Below, one piece after another: positions 39,761 through 51,879 of a stretch of 64,000 nucleotides of DNA. A program made the position numbers and the translations under genes. The notes under the pieces were generated by a model. It was given only the letters and a program-made list of their open reading frames with translations. It made no database searches and was not told where the DNA came from. The DNA lies in assembly GCA_043228905.1 (NCBI GenBank), contig JBHGNT010000001.1, positions 23,560,001 to 23,624,000 on the forward strand, given 5' to 3'. Numbering within the stretch: position 1 is the stretch's first letter; every line of letters starts with the position of its first letter. Source of the DNA: Azolla caroliniana. Taxonomy: Eukaryota; Plantae; Polypodiophyta.

Positions 39761-40239
39761 TCGATGAGAGATCTGAAGAGACAAAATAGATACACTTAAA
39801 TTATATTATGCACACTGATATAGAGATCAGCGCGCTAAAAATGAAAGGGTGGGTGGGGGACATCTAGAAGCTCTTGATGAACGTGCATTTAATATCGAAG
39901 ATATATGTACACAAACTACATTATAAATCAATAAAACAGAACCCAGAGAAAGATTGAAGTACCTGGATATGGAAAAGCTCAATGTTAAGAAGAAGAAAGG
40001 CAGGGAAGATTGCTCTGCTGTGCAACTTTTCGTGTATAGCCTTTTCTTTTCTGGTTAAACGAGTTTTACATACAGAAAAAGTGTCAGAAGCATGTGTTTC
40101 TTACCTTCTTAGAAGGATATGGGAATGAATCATGATGATGTCGAAGTAGTATGTAATATGTATGTAGTAGGAAATCAATGACTGTGACTAGACAAAAGGT
40201 TTGGCATTTTCTCTCCGTCTACATTGAAATACATGCATA

Positions 40240-40455
40240 TACATATATAATATATATGTAATTTGTAAATATAATATATATGTGTGTATGTGTATATGTA
40301 TGTGTGTATGTATGTATATGTTGTATGTATATATGTATATATATACATACAACATATACATACATGTATGTATGTATGTATGTATGTATGTATGTATGTA
40401 TGTATGTATGTATGTATGTATGTATGTATGTATGTATATAGATAAGTATATATAT
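40240..40455. repeat. (TATG)n/(TA)n microsatellite complex
   Basis: Direct read. Confidence 0.9.
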
Positions 40456-41526
40456 GTGGATGCATCATCAACTTGCTTCATACAAAATGGCATCGGCATC
40501 AACATTGGCACCAACACTGCCCATATTACGGCCATCATCGGCACCATCAGAATCAACATCTCCTTCCTGGCATGTCCGCACGCACCCATGTTATATCTTA
40601 GCATTTCCTAGCTAGCTAGCTTGCCCTCTAGTTATGATTTGTGACTTGTCTCGCTTCTTACGTATAAAAGGTGTAAGAAGAACTCATAACTTTTTTTTCC
40701 CAAGAAAATTTGTCCTCCCATGATTAGCTAACTTAGAAGCCACCTCGACACCAATGTTCATTCTCTTCTAACATGTGTTGAATGGAGAATTTGTTAGTAT
40801 GTATAAGTCATTCAACCTTGAGGTGGATGCCACATAAGCACATAGAACATCATTTGTGAACATCATTTACATAATAAACTACTAATTAGGGATCATGTCG
40901 ACCGACAATTATGGTGTTGTTAGACTTCCTAATGTAAGCTAGCAAACAATGAAGTTGGGAGCCACCTTGCCATTTGTTTTCATGGGTCAATATTGTCGTG
41001 TTGCCTTTTGGCACACTATTTAAACTAACCTCTCGTACAATCATAGTTCACAAGTCACAAGTGGATGTATATTGGATGGGGGAAATCAATTTGCACACGT
41101 GCACATGTGAACAATATGATGTGTCCAAGGATTAGGCAACAACATGCATGTGCACACTTTTACTCAAGGAGTGCCATATGGCATTGTTAGCCCTCGTCAC
41201 CACCTTATAATAAAAGAGACTCACAATAAGTTTGCACAAATCTAAAGTTTGAGTGGAGGTAACTTACTCCAAGGAAGAGAAATGCTAAACTTGGGATCTC
41301 TTTAGACTTTTACTCTATTCTCTAATCAATTTTGGACCTACCTAAAATATTATGGCCATTTTTGTTATGGAAGTCCTTTACTCCTGCAATACAAACATTG
41401 CTACCAAATTCCCTTGCACGTCTATTGTCTACTAGTTTATTATGAAATATTATCTTATTTATTAATTCATATTCAATTGTTACAATTCTTTCTTCCACCT
41501 CTTGGTTAAGAAGCCTAGTGGGTTAC

Positions 41527-41855
41527 TGTTGAGAATCAAACTCAACTTCCTCCACGTGTGGGAACACACTCTAGGATACTCAAGTGTGTGAACACCCCAC
41601 CTCCTTGTATAGTAACTAGTGTGTCATAGAATGTTCTATGACACACTAGTTACTATAAAAGAAGACACGACCTCTTTCCTAAGAAGAGTTATTAGTGAGA
41701 GAGATTCGAGAGAAGGTGACTACATAAGCACCTTCTTTCTCTTTGTAAGTGTGGGTCATTCTTGTCTCTTTGCTAATATAATTTTAAGTTTTTTTGTAAT
41801 CTTGAGCTCTCTCTCTCTCTCGCTCTCTCTCGCTCTCTCTATACACATATATACA
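41527..41855 (+). mobile_element. Partial Copia-type LTR related to the E/G family
   Basis: Starts TGTTGAGAATCAA (reverse complement of the E/G LTR end); shares the GTCATAGAA..TTCTATGAC palindrome; TATAAAA at about 41654; (CT)n tract. Confidence 0.7.
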
Positions 41856-41859
41856 GAGA

Positions 41860-43930
41860 GACTTTACCAAATCCCAAACCAACCACCCATTCCAATGCCT
41901 TCCACACCCCGACCTACCACGGGGACACTTTTCACGACATCTAGGGTCGCGAAGGTCATAAAGAAATTACAACATAGGAAGTCCATGGACCGCACAGGAT
42001 TGCGAGCAGAACACATTATATATGCGAGAGAGTGCCTACCTCCCTTGCTAACTCTAATCTTCAATCGTGCCCTTGCGGAGGGTTTTCCACCACAGTGGAC
42101 TATGAACACAATGGCCCCCATACATAAAGGGGGGGACCCCATGGACCCAAATACATATAAGACCATTATGATAGGTCATACCCTTGCTAAGTTATCTGGT
42201 GCAGTAATGGAAGTAGAGCTTAGCGATTATATGGAGACCCTAAATCTTCGTGCACCTGAACAAGCTGGCTTTAGACGAGCCTTCTCCACCATTGATCATA
42301 TCTTCACACTTAGATGCTTAATTGACCAAACTAAGGCTCGCAAGAAGAAACTATATTGTTGTTTTGTGGACTTTCGCAAGGCCTTTGACACAGTCCCTAG
42401 AGAGCAGTTGTTTGATAGGCTTAAAAGCTTGAGGATACTAGATGACATGGTCTGGGACATCTACGCACTATATGAACAAGTGTCCGGGTGTGTCCGATGC
42501 CCAGGTGGCCTATCCAATTGTTTCACTAGCACTATTGGTGTAAAACAAGGTTTCCCCCTATCACTGACACTTTTTGGGATCTACATTGATGAGATCACAG
42601 ATTTTATTGCTCGTAAGGGAGGCAACGGAGTAGTCCTTGGGGATACGTAGGTTCGTATCTTGCTCTATGTGGATGACATAGTTTTGCTCTTTGAATCCGA
42701 ACACGACCTACAAAGGCACCGTAATGCCTTAGATGATTTTTGTGCACAACGAGGATTGGTAGTGAATCCAGGGAAAACTAAAGTCCTTATCTTCCACACA
42801 TCGGCCCAAGTTAGAGCTAAGTGTCACCTAACTATCTCCCATAGCCCAGTTGAGGTGGTTGGATCATACATCTATCTCAGAGTCACTTTTAGTGCTTGCT
42901 TAGGTAAATTTTCGATGACACAAGCAGCGAAGGATAGACTTACGAGAGGACATGCATCCCTCTCACTCCTAGAGAGACAATGCCACCAAGCATACTTTCA
43001 AGAGCCACGGACTAAAGGGTGGCTCTTTGACTCATTAGTGACCTCCTCCCTCATGTATGCATCAACGGTTTGGGCTCTAGGATTACCATCTTTCATGTGG
43101 ACGCAATTAGAGAGACCATTGGTGATGATGTTATCACGCCAACTCCGAAGCAAATCAACAGTACCACATGACATTATTAGGGTTGAGTTCATGTTACCCC
43201 CAATGTTAGTAGAGGCAGTTTTCCAACTTGTAGTCCTTATTCATAGGATACATAGCCAACCACATGATAGAATATCTCATCAAGCCTTTAAGGCCTCTCG
43301 ATCATTGTATGAGTCCGACTATACTAGCTCATGGTATGGCATGATGGTGAGTTGGCTTCTTGCGAATGGTCTAGACATTAATAACCTACCTCCCCTTAGG
43401 TACAACCACACGATTGATAACACTTTAATCTCTCGTGGGGACCGCAATAAAGTAATACGCCAAGACATATGGCAAATTTACACTCGGTATAAATGGATCA
43501 CCCCACAAGAGCCACTCCCATCTAAAATGTTGTACTATAAGGAACACTTCATGCACTTCTCCAAGTTAGGTTTTATCACGCGGCCAAAATATCTAGATGT
43601 ATTCTTACCACATGCACTAAGGGTTGCCATTGGACAACTTAGAATATCATCTCACCAACTTGAGATTGAGAATGGCCGCACTAATGGGGTCCTTAGGGAG
43701 GAAAGGATATGTAGGTTATGTCACATAGAGATCGAGGATGAGTATCACTTTACATGCAAGTGCCCAACCTACGCCGAGATAAGGCAAAATACCAAGACAT
43801 ACTTGGTTCCTCTCCCACCCTCCCCAAACTATTAGATACTCTAGATATAAAGAAATTAGGCAAATACATTCTAGAGCTAAAACAACACACAGAGAATAAA
43901 TTACAAAATGTTGACAATAATGTTGCTAAT
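41860..43930 (+). mobile_element. 5'-truncated RTE/RTEX-like LINE ORF2 pseudogene
   Basis: QAGFR, VDFRKAFDTV, GVKQG.PLS, LLYVDD, KTKV, YIYL, and C-terminal LRISSHQLEIE..RICRLC..EDEYHF..C. One stop (42648-42650) and a late frameshift; 3' end interrupted by E. Confidence 0.88.
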
Positions 43931-45082
43931 TGTAAAGAATCAAGAGATGGATTCTGTGCAGCGGAATAGATATGAACAATGTGTGTGTGACAGAGAGAGA
44001 GAGAGAGTGAGTGAGAGAGACAAGGAGTAAGACACAGAGAATACGCAAGGTAAAAGTATATTAACAAAGGAGAAAGACTCAACATTATACAAGGTGGGAG
44101 GAGGGTGCTTTATATAGTCACCCTCTCTCTTCATTAACTACAAGACTCATGGAGCATGGGGAATGTGAAAGCTCATAAGTTATGTGTCATAGAATATGAT
44201 TCTATGACTCATACTAAATGTTAGAATACAAAGAGGTGACATAATGGTGACTCTTGACCGTTGGAGTGTCTATTCACTCTCAAGGTGAGTTCACACACTA
44301 GACCAAGTTGAGCTTGATTCTCAATATGTGTCATAGAATATGATTCTATGACACAAAGTTAATGTGTAGAGAGTAGTGGTGTGACTCTTGACCTTTGAGT
44401 AATCATAGATTCTCAAAAGGTGTGTTCACATGTTGCACTATGTTGAGCTTGATTCTCAACACGCCCCCTCAAGCTTAACTCGGGTCGGTTCCTTTCGATT
44501 GATGTCCGCTTCGGCTGGTATCCAGTTCGGACGGTATCCGTTCTCGCTTGTACTCCCCCTCAAGCTTGGCAAGTCAAGGATCGTCAAACCAAGGTCTGAC
44601 ATGAATTGCCGAAGCTTGTTGGCTCCTAGGGCCTTGGTGGAGATGTCGGATGTCTGAAGATTCGTGTTGATGTGTTGAAGATCGACATCTCTGGCCTGAA
44701 CACGCTCTCGAATGAAGTGGTAGTGCACTTCAATATGCTTTATTGCGTGGTGGAACACCAGGTTCCGAGCCAGATATATACTACTCATGTTGTCGCGGTA
44801 AATGGGAATCAGATCCTTGATGGGAATGCCCAGATCCTTCAAAATCTGCTTGAGCCATACGACTTCACATGCAGCTATGGCTGCGCCCCTATATTCGGCC
44901 TTCGTACTCGAAAGTGCGACGGTAGGCTGCTTCTTACTACTCCAAGGTATTGCTCCGCTACCAAGCGAGAAGACAAATCCAGAGGTCGATCGTCGATCAA
45001 CTTTGTAGCTGGTCCAATCAGCATCCATGTACCCTTCGAGTTGAATTGGTGTGGCCGATACGTAGAGGATGCCGTAATCCAT
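43931..45082 (-). mobile_element. Element E: 3' end of a Ty1/Copia (RNase H, PPT, LTR with a duplicated terminal segment)
   Basis: DADW, WSSKKQPTVALSS, KHIEVHYHFIRE. LTR 43931-44326 is near-identical to the G LTRs and is followed by a diverged second LTR end 44327-44461 and a PPT. Confidence 0.88.
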
Positions 45083-45651
45083 TGTGTGTGCATGAGTTGC
45101 TTTTTACACTATGTTTTTATTTCCTAAATATAGTGCTCATGCTCGCTAGATGTGCACGAGTAATTTTTTATTGGTATACATTTTTCTTATAAATAAAGTA
45201 TTCACGCATTCTAAAAATGCATGGCTTACCTTTTAATAAAGGTAGGCATAAATAACGGTCTTAAACGTATTAAATCTATATTTGAAACATTTAGGATAAG
45301 TTATTACAATGGTAAGGTTGGGGATTGTCTACATGGAGGTACAGGGTTCGAATCTTGCCCTATGCATGTAACAATCTTTTCTTCTATTTACAAATTTATC
45401 TCTTCATTCGATGAGAGACTCTCATCGGTCTTCTTTATCCGGCTCTTGTTGGTTCTGCTTGATCCGGTTCTTACCGGGTCCTCCTTACCTGTTCCTCCTT
45501 CATCCGATTCTCACTGGTTCTCCTTACCGAGTCCTCCTTATCAGATCCTCCTTCATCCAGTTCTCACTGGTTCTCCTTACCGGTTCCTCCTTGTCCCATC
45601 CGGAGGAACCAAAATGCAATTTTCACATAGTGTGCGAATTACACTACGACA
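45083..45651 (-). mobile_element. Probable partial LTR of a D-like family
   Basis: Same order of parts as D: AT-rich tract, tRNA-like box, ATCTTTTTCTT, short CCGG-containing repeats, terminus ACGACA. Confidence 0.5.
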
Positions 45652-46836
45652 CTCGATGTCAGGAATGGTACTAAACAGAGAGAGAATTAGTACTAGAGAA
45701 GATAAGTACTATTAGTACTAAGAGGACGAGACTGTGTAAGATTCCCGAGAGAGGAAGAGAGAAGAGGAGAGAAAGAAAGAAAGATGATGACAACAACTAA
45801 TATATTATGTGAAAGATAAGTACAAAGTGGCGAAGAGGCTTAAGACTGGCATTGAACCAATTTGGTTCAAAACAATGCCTTGTGCCTCCTTTTATAGTGT
45901 TTTTAGGAATAATCCTTAAGCTTTTAGAATGTTCCAGAGAGATCTGGAATATACATCAATTTTCTATGATAAAGCATAAATGAAAATAATATCCTACAAA
46001 TTACAATTCATAGTCTAATGGTAAGAGCTCGACCCATGTAGCATAAGGTCATGGGTTCGAGTCTTGCCATATCATGACACTATCTCCCCCTTAAAGACGA
46101 TGAGTGGAATGAGTCGGCGCTGATTGCGGACCGGGTTTGTCCAAATACTTGCGATGGAAATCAACAAGAAGATCCTGAGCATTGGCAACATGCTCGACGG
46201 GTTCCCAAGTACGTTTGCTCGGACTATAACCGAGCCAATTGACCAAATAATAAAGTTTATTGCGAACAAGTTTGGAATCAAGGATGGTAGCAACTTCATA
46301 CTCTGGGCCGACGTCCAACTCCAGCGGGGGCGGCGGTGGTGTAACACGATCGAGAATGGTGTTTGCTTTATAAGGTTCAAGAAGAGAACAATGGAAAACC
46401 GGATGTATCTGAAGCTGTGGAGGGAGATCAAGGCGGAATGTGACATCATTAACCTTACCTGTAATACGGAAAGGACCGAGTCGTCGATAATCCAACTTGT
46501 CGCACGGTCGAGTAGTCTTAATGTGACGACGTAAGAGCCATACTTGATCTTTGATGGCAAAAGAGGAGGGAATCTGATGTCGATCTGCATAAGTCTTCTG
46601 TGTGTGTTGAGCATGACGAAGGTGAGTAGAGAGATCCATTTGGATCTTGTGTAGCCTCTCCAAATGATCCTCGGCACGAGGGTTCGTAGGTAGCTCCGGG
46701 GTGTCGATCACCGACCAACGAGGATGAAAACCGGTATAAGCAAAAAATGGGGAAACCCGAGTCGAGGAGTGAATAACATTATTATACGCAAACTCCGCAA
46801 AGTGGAGAATCTCAGCCCAATCGTCTTGTTGATAAC

Positions 46837-46892
46837 TGTAAAGAATCAAGAGATGGATTCTTGTGAAGCGGAATAGGTGTGAACTGTGTGTG

Positions 46893-46942
<50 letters not shown>

Positions 46943-49900
46943 AGTATACGCAAGGTAGATTGTATTAACAAAGGAGAAAGACACAACTCTATACAAGGTG
47001 GGAGGAGGGTGCTTTATGTAGTAACCCTCTCTCTTCATTAACTACAAAGCTCATGGAGCATGGGGAATGTGAAAGCTCATAAGTTATGTGTCATAGAATA
47101 TGATTCTATGACTCATACTAAATGCTAGAATACAAAGTGGTGACATAATGGTGACCCTTAACTGTTGGAGTGTCTCTTCACTCTCAAGGTGAGTTCACAC
47201 ACTAGACCAAGTTGAGCTTGATTCTCAACACGCCTCCTCAAGCTCAAGTCGGGTCGGTTTCAGACTGTATCCGAAATCCGCTTCAACTCGTGTTCTGGAG
47301 TCCGCGTCAACTCGTGTCGACTCGCATGTATGCGGAGTTGCGGAATCCGTGCTCCAGCTTGCGTTGTGCGTAGTTATGAAGTCAGTGCTTCAGCTTGCGT
47401 GCGTAGTAGCGAAGTTTGTGCTTCGGCTTGTGTCTTTCTTCGCGGCTTTGTTGCGTGGTTGCGGAATCCACGCGTTATTGCGTAGTGCGCGGTTGCGGAA
47501 TCTACACGTTATTGCGTAGTGTCTTCAGTACTCCCCCTCAAGCTTGGCAGGTCAGGGATCGTCAATCCGAGATCGGTCATGAATTTCCATAGCTTGTCGG
47601 CTCCTAAGGCTTTAGTGAAGATGTCAGTCGTTTGAAGATTGGTGCTAATGTGTTGTAGGTCGACATCGCCAGCTAGAACACACTCTCGGATGAAGTGATA
47701 GTGCACTTCGATGTGCTTTGTCCGCGCGTGGAACACCAGGTTCCGAGCCAGATAAATACTGCTCATGTTGTCGTAGTAAAGGGGAGTCGGATCCTTGATG
47801 GGAACGCCCAAATCCTTCAAAATCCTCTTAAGCCATACGACTTCACATGCAGCTACGGCTGCGCCCCTATATTCTGCCTCCGTACTCGAAAGAGCAACGG
47901 TAGGCTGCTTCTTGCTACTCCAGGATACTGCTCCGCTGCCGAGGGAGAAAACAAATCCGGAGGTTCTTCTATCGGATTTGTAGCCGGCCCAATCAACGTC
48001 TGTGTACCCCTTGAGTCGTATTGGCATTGCGGTCTTGTAGAGGATGCCACAATCCATTGTGCCGCTCACGTATCGTAGAACTCGCTTAGCGCAATCCAAG
48101 TGAGTATCACGCGGTGTTTGCATGAATTGGCTAAGGAGACCGACCGGATAACTCAGATCGGGTCGTGTGATCGTGAGGTAGATGAGACTCCCAATGAGTT
48201 GCCGATACTGAGTCGGCTCACACGCTTTGGTGCCGGAGTTCGCATCTAGTTTGAGATTACGATCGAGCGGGGTTGCCATGGATTTGCACTCAGCCATCCC
48301 AAACTTGTATAACAAGTTCAGGATGTAGTGCCGTTGAGAGATCATGATTCCGGCCGGAGTCCGAATTACCTCGATGCCGAGGAAGTAGTGGAGCTCCCTC
48401 ATGTCCGTCATCTCGAACTTGTCGGAAAGGAGGGATTTGACTTTATTGATTTCAACGAGATGCTCACCTCCAATGACTAGGTCATCCACATATAAAATGA
48501 TGATGATCGGACTTGCGGAATCGCTTCGTATGTAGAGGGAGTTGTCCGATTTTGACATACGGAAGCCGATTTGATGAAGATATTGCGTTATCTTCGAATG
48601 ACAAGCACGCGGTGCTTGCTTGAGGCCGTAGAGTAGCTTCTTGAGTCGGCATACAGCTTTCGGATGGGTGCTCGAGTTGAAACCGGGTGGTTGGATCATG
48701 TACACCTCCTCTTCTAATTCGCCTTGTAGAAAGGCATTCTTGACGTTCATTTGATGGAGGTGCCACTCTTTCGCCGCGGCAATTGCAATTACGGTCCGCA
48801 CCGTTGTCATCTTTGCCACCGGAGCAAAGGTCTCTTCATAGTCGACGCCATGTGTCTGAGCGTATCCTTTCGCTACGAGTTGAGCTTTGTAGCGGTTTAC
48901 GGAGCCATCAACGTTATACTTCACCTTGTAGATCCATCTGCATCCGATCGCCTTTTTGTGTGGTGAGGTGGGAACGAGATCTCACGTCTCGTTCTTCCGT
49001 AGTGCCTGCATCTCCTCGTTCATTGCTTTGATCCATCGCGGGTCCTTCGCGGCTTCTGAAAAGGTTTCCGGCTCTCGTACTGTCACTACCTTCATCATAA
49101 AGGCGTAATGGTATGCCATATAATCGTTGTAGCCGAATCGGCTTACGGGGTTCTTTTCACGGGTGGAGCGACGGAGCTTTTCATTTGCTGAGATGAGGGC
49201 TTTCTTAGCTCCGATTGGTACATCGAAGCCGCCGAACTCACTGTCGAGTGAGTGAGTCGATTCATCGTCGTTGAGGCAATCGTCTTCATATTCCGCCATT
49301 TTCGCCTTGCCTTTGTCCATCTTCGGGCTAGGCCGTGATGTGCTTTGATCGCTCAAAGGCTCTTGTGGTCCGCTCAGTCGGGTCGTGATCGGACTTTCTT
49401 CGATCATGCGCGTAGGACGATCTTCATCCTCGATCTCTTGTTCGGCAAATTCCGGGTCGAGTGGAAGCGAAGTTGTCTCTGGTGCGTACTAGGATGTGGA
49501 CTCGTCAAAAACGACGTCTCGACTTACTCGAGATTTTTGAGTTGAGGGGTTGTAGCACTTGTACCCCTTTTGCTCCAGTGAGTATCCTACGAGGATACAT
49601 TTCTCCGACTTTGGGTTGAGCTTTTGACGCTTCTCGTCGGGGATGTGCACGTATGCAATGGAGCCGAATATCCGAACATGTGATAGGTTCAGCTTCTTTC
49701 CGAAGAATCTTTCGTGCGGAGTGACCTCGTGCACGCCGGATGTTGTGCACCGGTTCATTAGGTAGACGGCCGTATTTGCCGCTTCGGCCCAATATGACTT
49801 GGGCATATGCTTCTCGTTCATCATGGCCCGTGCTACTTCGAGGATGTGCCAATTTTTGCGCTCAGCTACTCCGTTTTGTTGCGGAGTGTGTCGGCAAGTG

Positions 49901-51879
49901 AATTCTCATCGAATTCCTTCCTTTCGGAGATACGTCGTGAAATCGTCTGAGAAGTACTCCTTGCCGCCATCTGATCGAAGGCACCCTTCTTGGTCGAATT
50001 GTACTTGCATCCCTTGCTCAACCATTTGGCCAACCGAGACCAAATTCTTTGTGATGGTGGGTACATGCAAGACATTTTTAATGTATGTTTGCTTACCTCT
50101 TTCGCCGAACAGAACATTGCCGATGTGCCGAATCGGGTGCGTAGTGTCATCTCCGGTTTCGACATAACCGGGTCGCTCCGGCTCTTGAAGTTTGAGAAAC
50201 CATTCTTTGTGGGATGTCATATGGTTTGAGGCTCCGGAGTCAACAAACCATATGTCCTCCGGATTGAGGGCACTAGTTGAGGTAGAGGCCGACATAGACT
50301 TTGCTCTATGTTTCATCATGAACATTCTGCCACGGTCGGAGTTGTATGCGTACATTCCGCCACGATCCTCGTAGTCGGAGTTGTGCCCGTACATTCCACT
50401 ATACTCTTCGTAGTCAGAATTGTGCGCGTAATTCGTGAGTTGTCGGCTTGTGGAAGCCGATTCACGCATCTTCTTTCGGCACTCTTCTTCGTGGTGGCCA
50501 AGCTTTCCACAATATCCGCATTCAGTTGCGTTTTGACGGCTCGGGCCGGAGTGGAAGCTCCCCCTTCTTGCGAAGGTTCCTCGTTGGCCTCCGTTTTGCG
50601 GCCGAAATTGGGAGTTGTTGTCGTAGGTCAGACCTCGTCTGCCTTGTCCTTGGCCGAATCGGCCTCTCGCTCGTCTGCGTCCTCTTCCTCCATTAGAGTG
50701 CGTGTAGAGCATGTGGCCTTCCGACTCATTGCTCCTTGTACGCACGTGGTTTTCTTCGATCAATAGCATTGATTGGAGCTCGAAGAAGGAGGGAGATTTC
50801 TCCCGTGCTAGAACGGCGGTTTGCATTGCGCCAAACCATGGTGCGAGGCCGCCGAGGCATATTTGCACCATCTCATCATCATCTATACTTACGCTTATTG
50901 AGCCAAGCGAGTCGCAAAGCTCCTTGATCTTTAAGGTGTATGTCGTGATGGACATGTCCCTTTGTTGAATGTTGTTCAACTCTTGGCGGAGTTGAAGCTT
51001 CCTCGCGGTCGTGTTGGCAGCGAAAATCTTTCGTAGATTTTCCCACGCTTCCTTCGGCGTCTTGGCTTCTCGAATGTAACCGAGCATGTGGTCGTGATCA
51101 CATGTCGCCAAACAATACATCATGCGGCTTGCGGCTTGCTCCTATGTCACGTATCCGGGAGCCGCTTCAGCGGGTCGGTCTTCATGCGCTCCTTTGATGT
51201 AGCTCCAATAGCCTTGTCCGACAAGGTATTGGTGCATCTTGTACTCCCAAGATGCGAAGTTGTTTCGATCCAACTTCTCGGTAGGGAGAGCGCTCCCCAT
51301 TTGAGTATTCATTATGTCGATTCTTCTTCTTCTTCTTCTTCTCTCTTCGAATGCGAGCTATGTAGCGAAGCTATGATAGCGATGAGCCGGTTCTTGGTCG
51401 TCGGCGTAGAGCACAACACACGATCATGATGAGGCGAATGGGCTAGATCGAGCTACCAAATTGCTCTGATACCATGTAAAGAATCAAGAGATGGATTCTT
51501 GTGAAGCGGAATAGGTGTGAACTGTGTGTGTATGAGAGAGAGAGAGAGAGAGAGAAACAAGGAGTATACGCAAGGTAGATTGTATTAACAAAGGAGAAAG
51601 ACACAACTCTATACAAGGTGGGAGGAGGGTGCTTTATGTAGTCACCCTCTCTCTTCATTACAAAGCTCATGGAGCATGGGGAATGTGAAAGCTCAAAGCT
51701 CATGGAGCATGGGGAATGTGAAAGCTCATAAGTTATGTGTCATAGAATATGATTCTATGACTCATACTAAATGTTAGAATACAAAGTGGTGACATAATGG
51801 TGACTCTTGACCGTTGGAGTGTCTCTTCACTCTCAAGGTGAGTTCACACACTAGACCAAGTTGAGCTTGATTCTCAACA
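46837..51879 (-). mobile_element. Element G: Ty1/Copia inserted in the F integrase
   Basis: LTRs 46837-47230 and 51475-51879; 5-bp TSD ATAAC; PBS TGGTATCAGAGC (tRNA-Met) at 51463-51474. Confidence 0.96.
47509..51300 (-). pseudogene. Element G gag-pol with stops and an internal deletion removing the integrase N-terminus
   Basis: CGYCGKLGHHEEEC, WFVDSGASNHM, junction FDQEG|CLRSDGGKEY, YVDD, KHIEVHYHFIRE. Confidence 0.9.

Noticed and set aside
40175-40611. ORFs with HTYI/MYVC repeats (also 32274-32689)
   Set aside because: Translations of microsatellites.
41619-41860. Hydrophobic N-terminal extension of the LINE ORF
   Set aside because: Derived from the adjacent LTR and (CT)n tract, not a real domain.
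45300-45365. Possible real tRNA genes at the A/B-box sites
   Set aside because: No convincing acceptor or anticodon stems; all copies sit within LTR-like sequence, so they are reported as tRNA-like modules only.
46091-47038. 315-aa ORF fusing Copia G LTR sequence to the F integrase tail and chromodomain
   Set aside because: Chance in-frame junction across an (AG)n tract; its ATG lies upstream of the LTR TATA-like box, so it is unlikely to be on the transcript.
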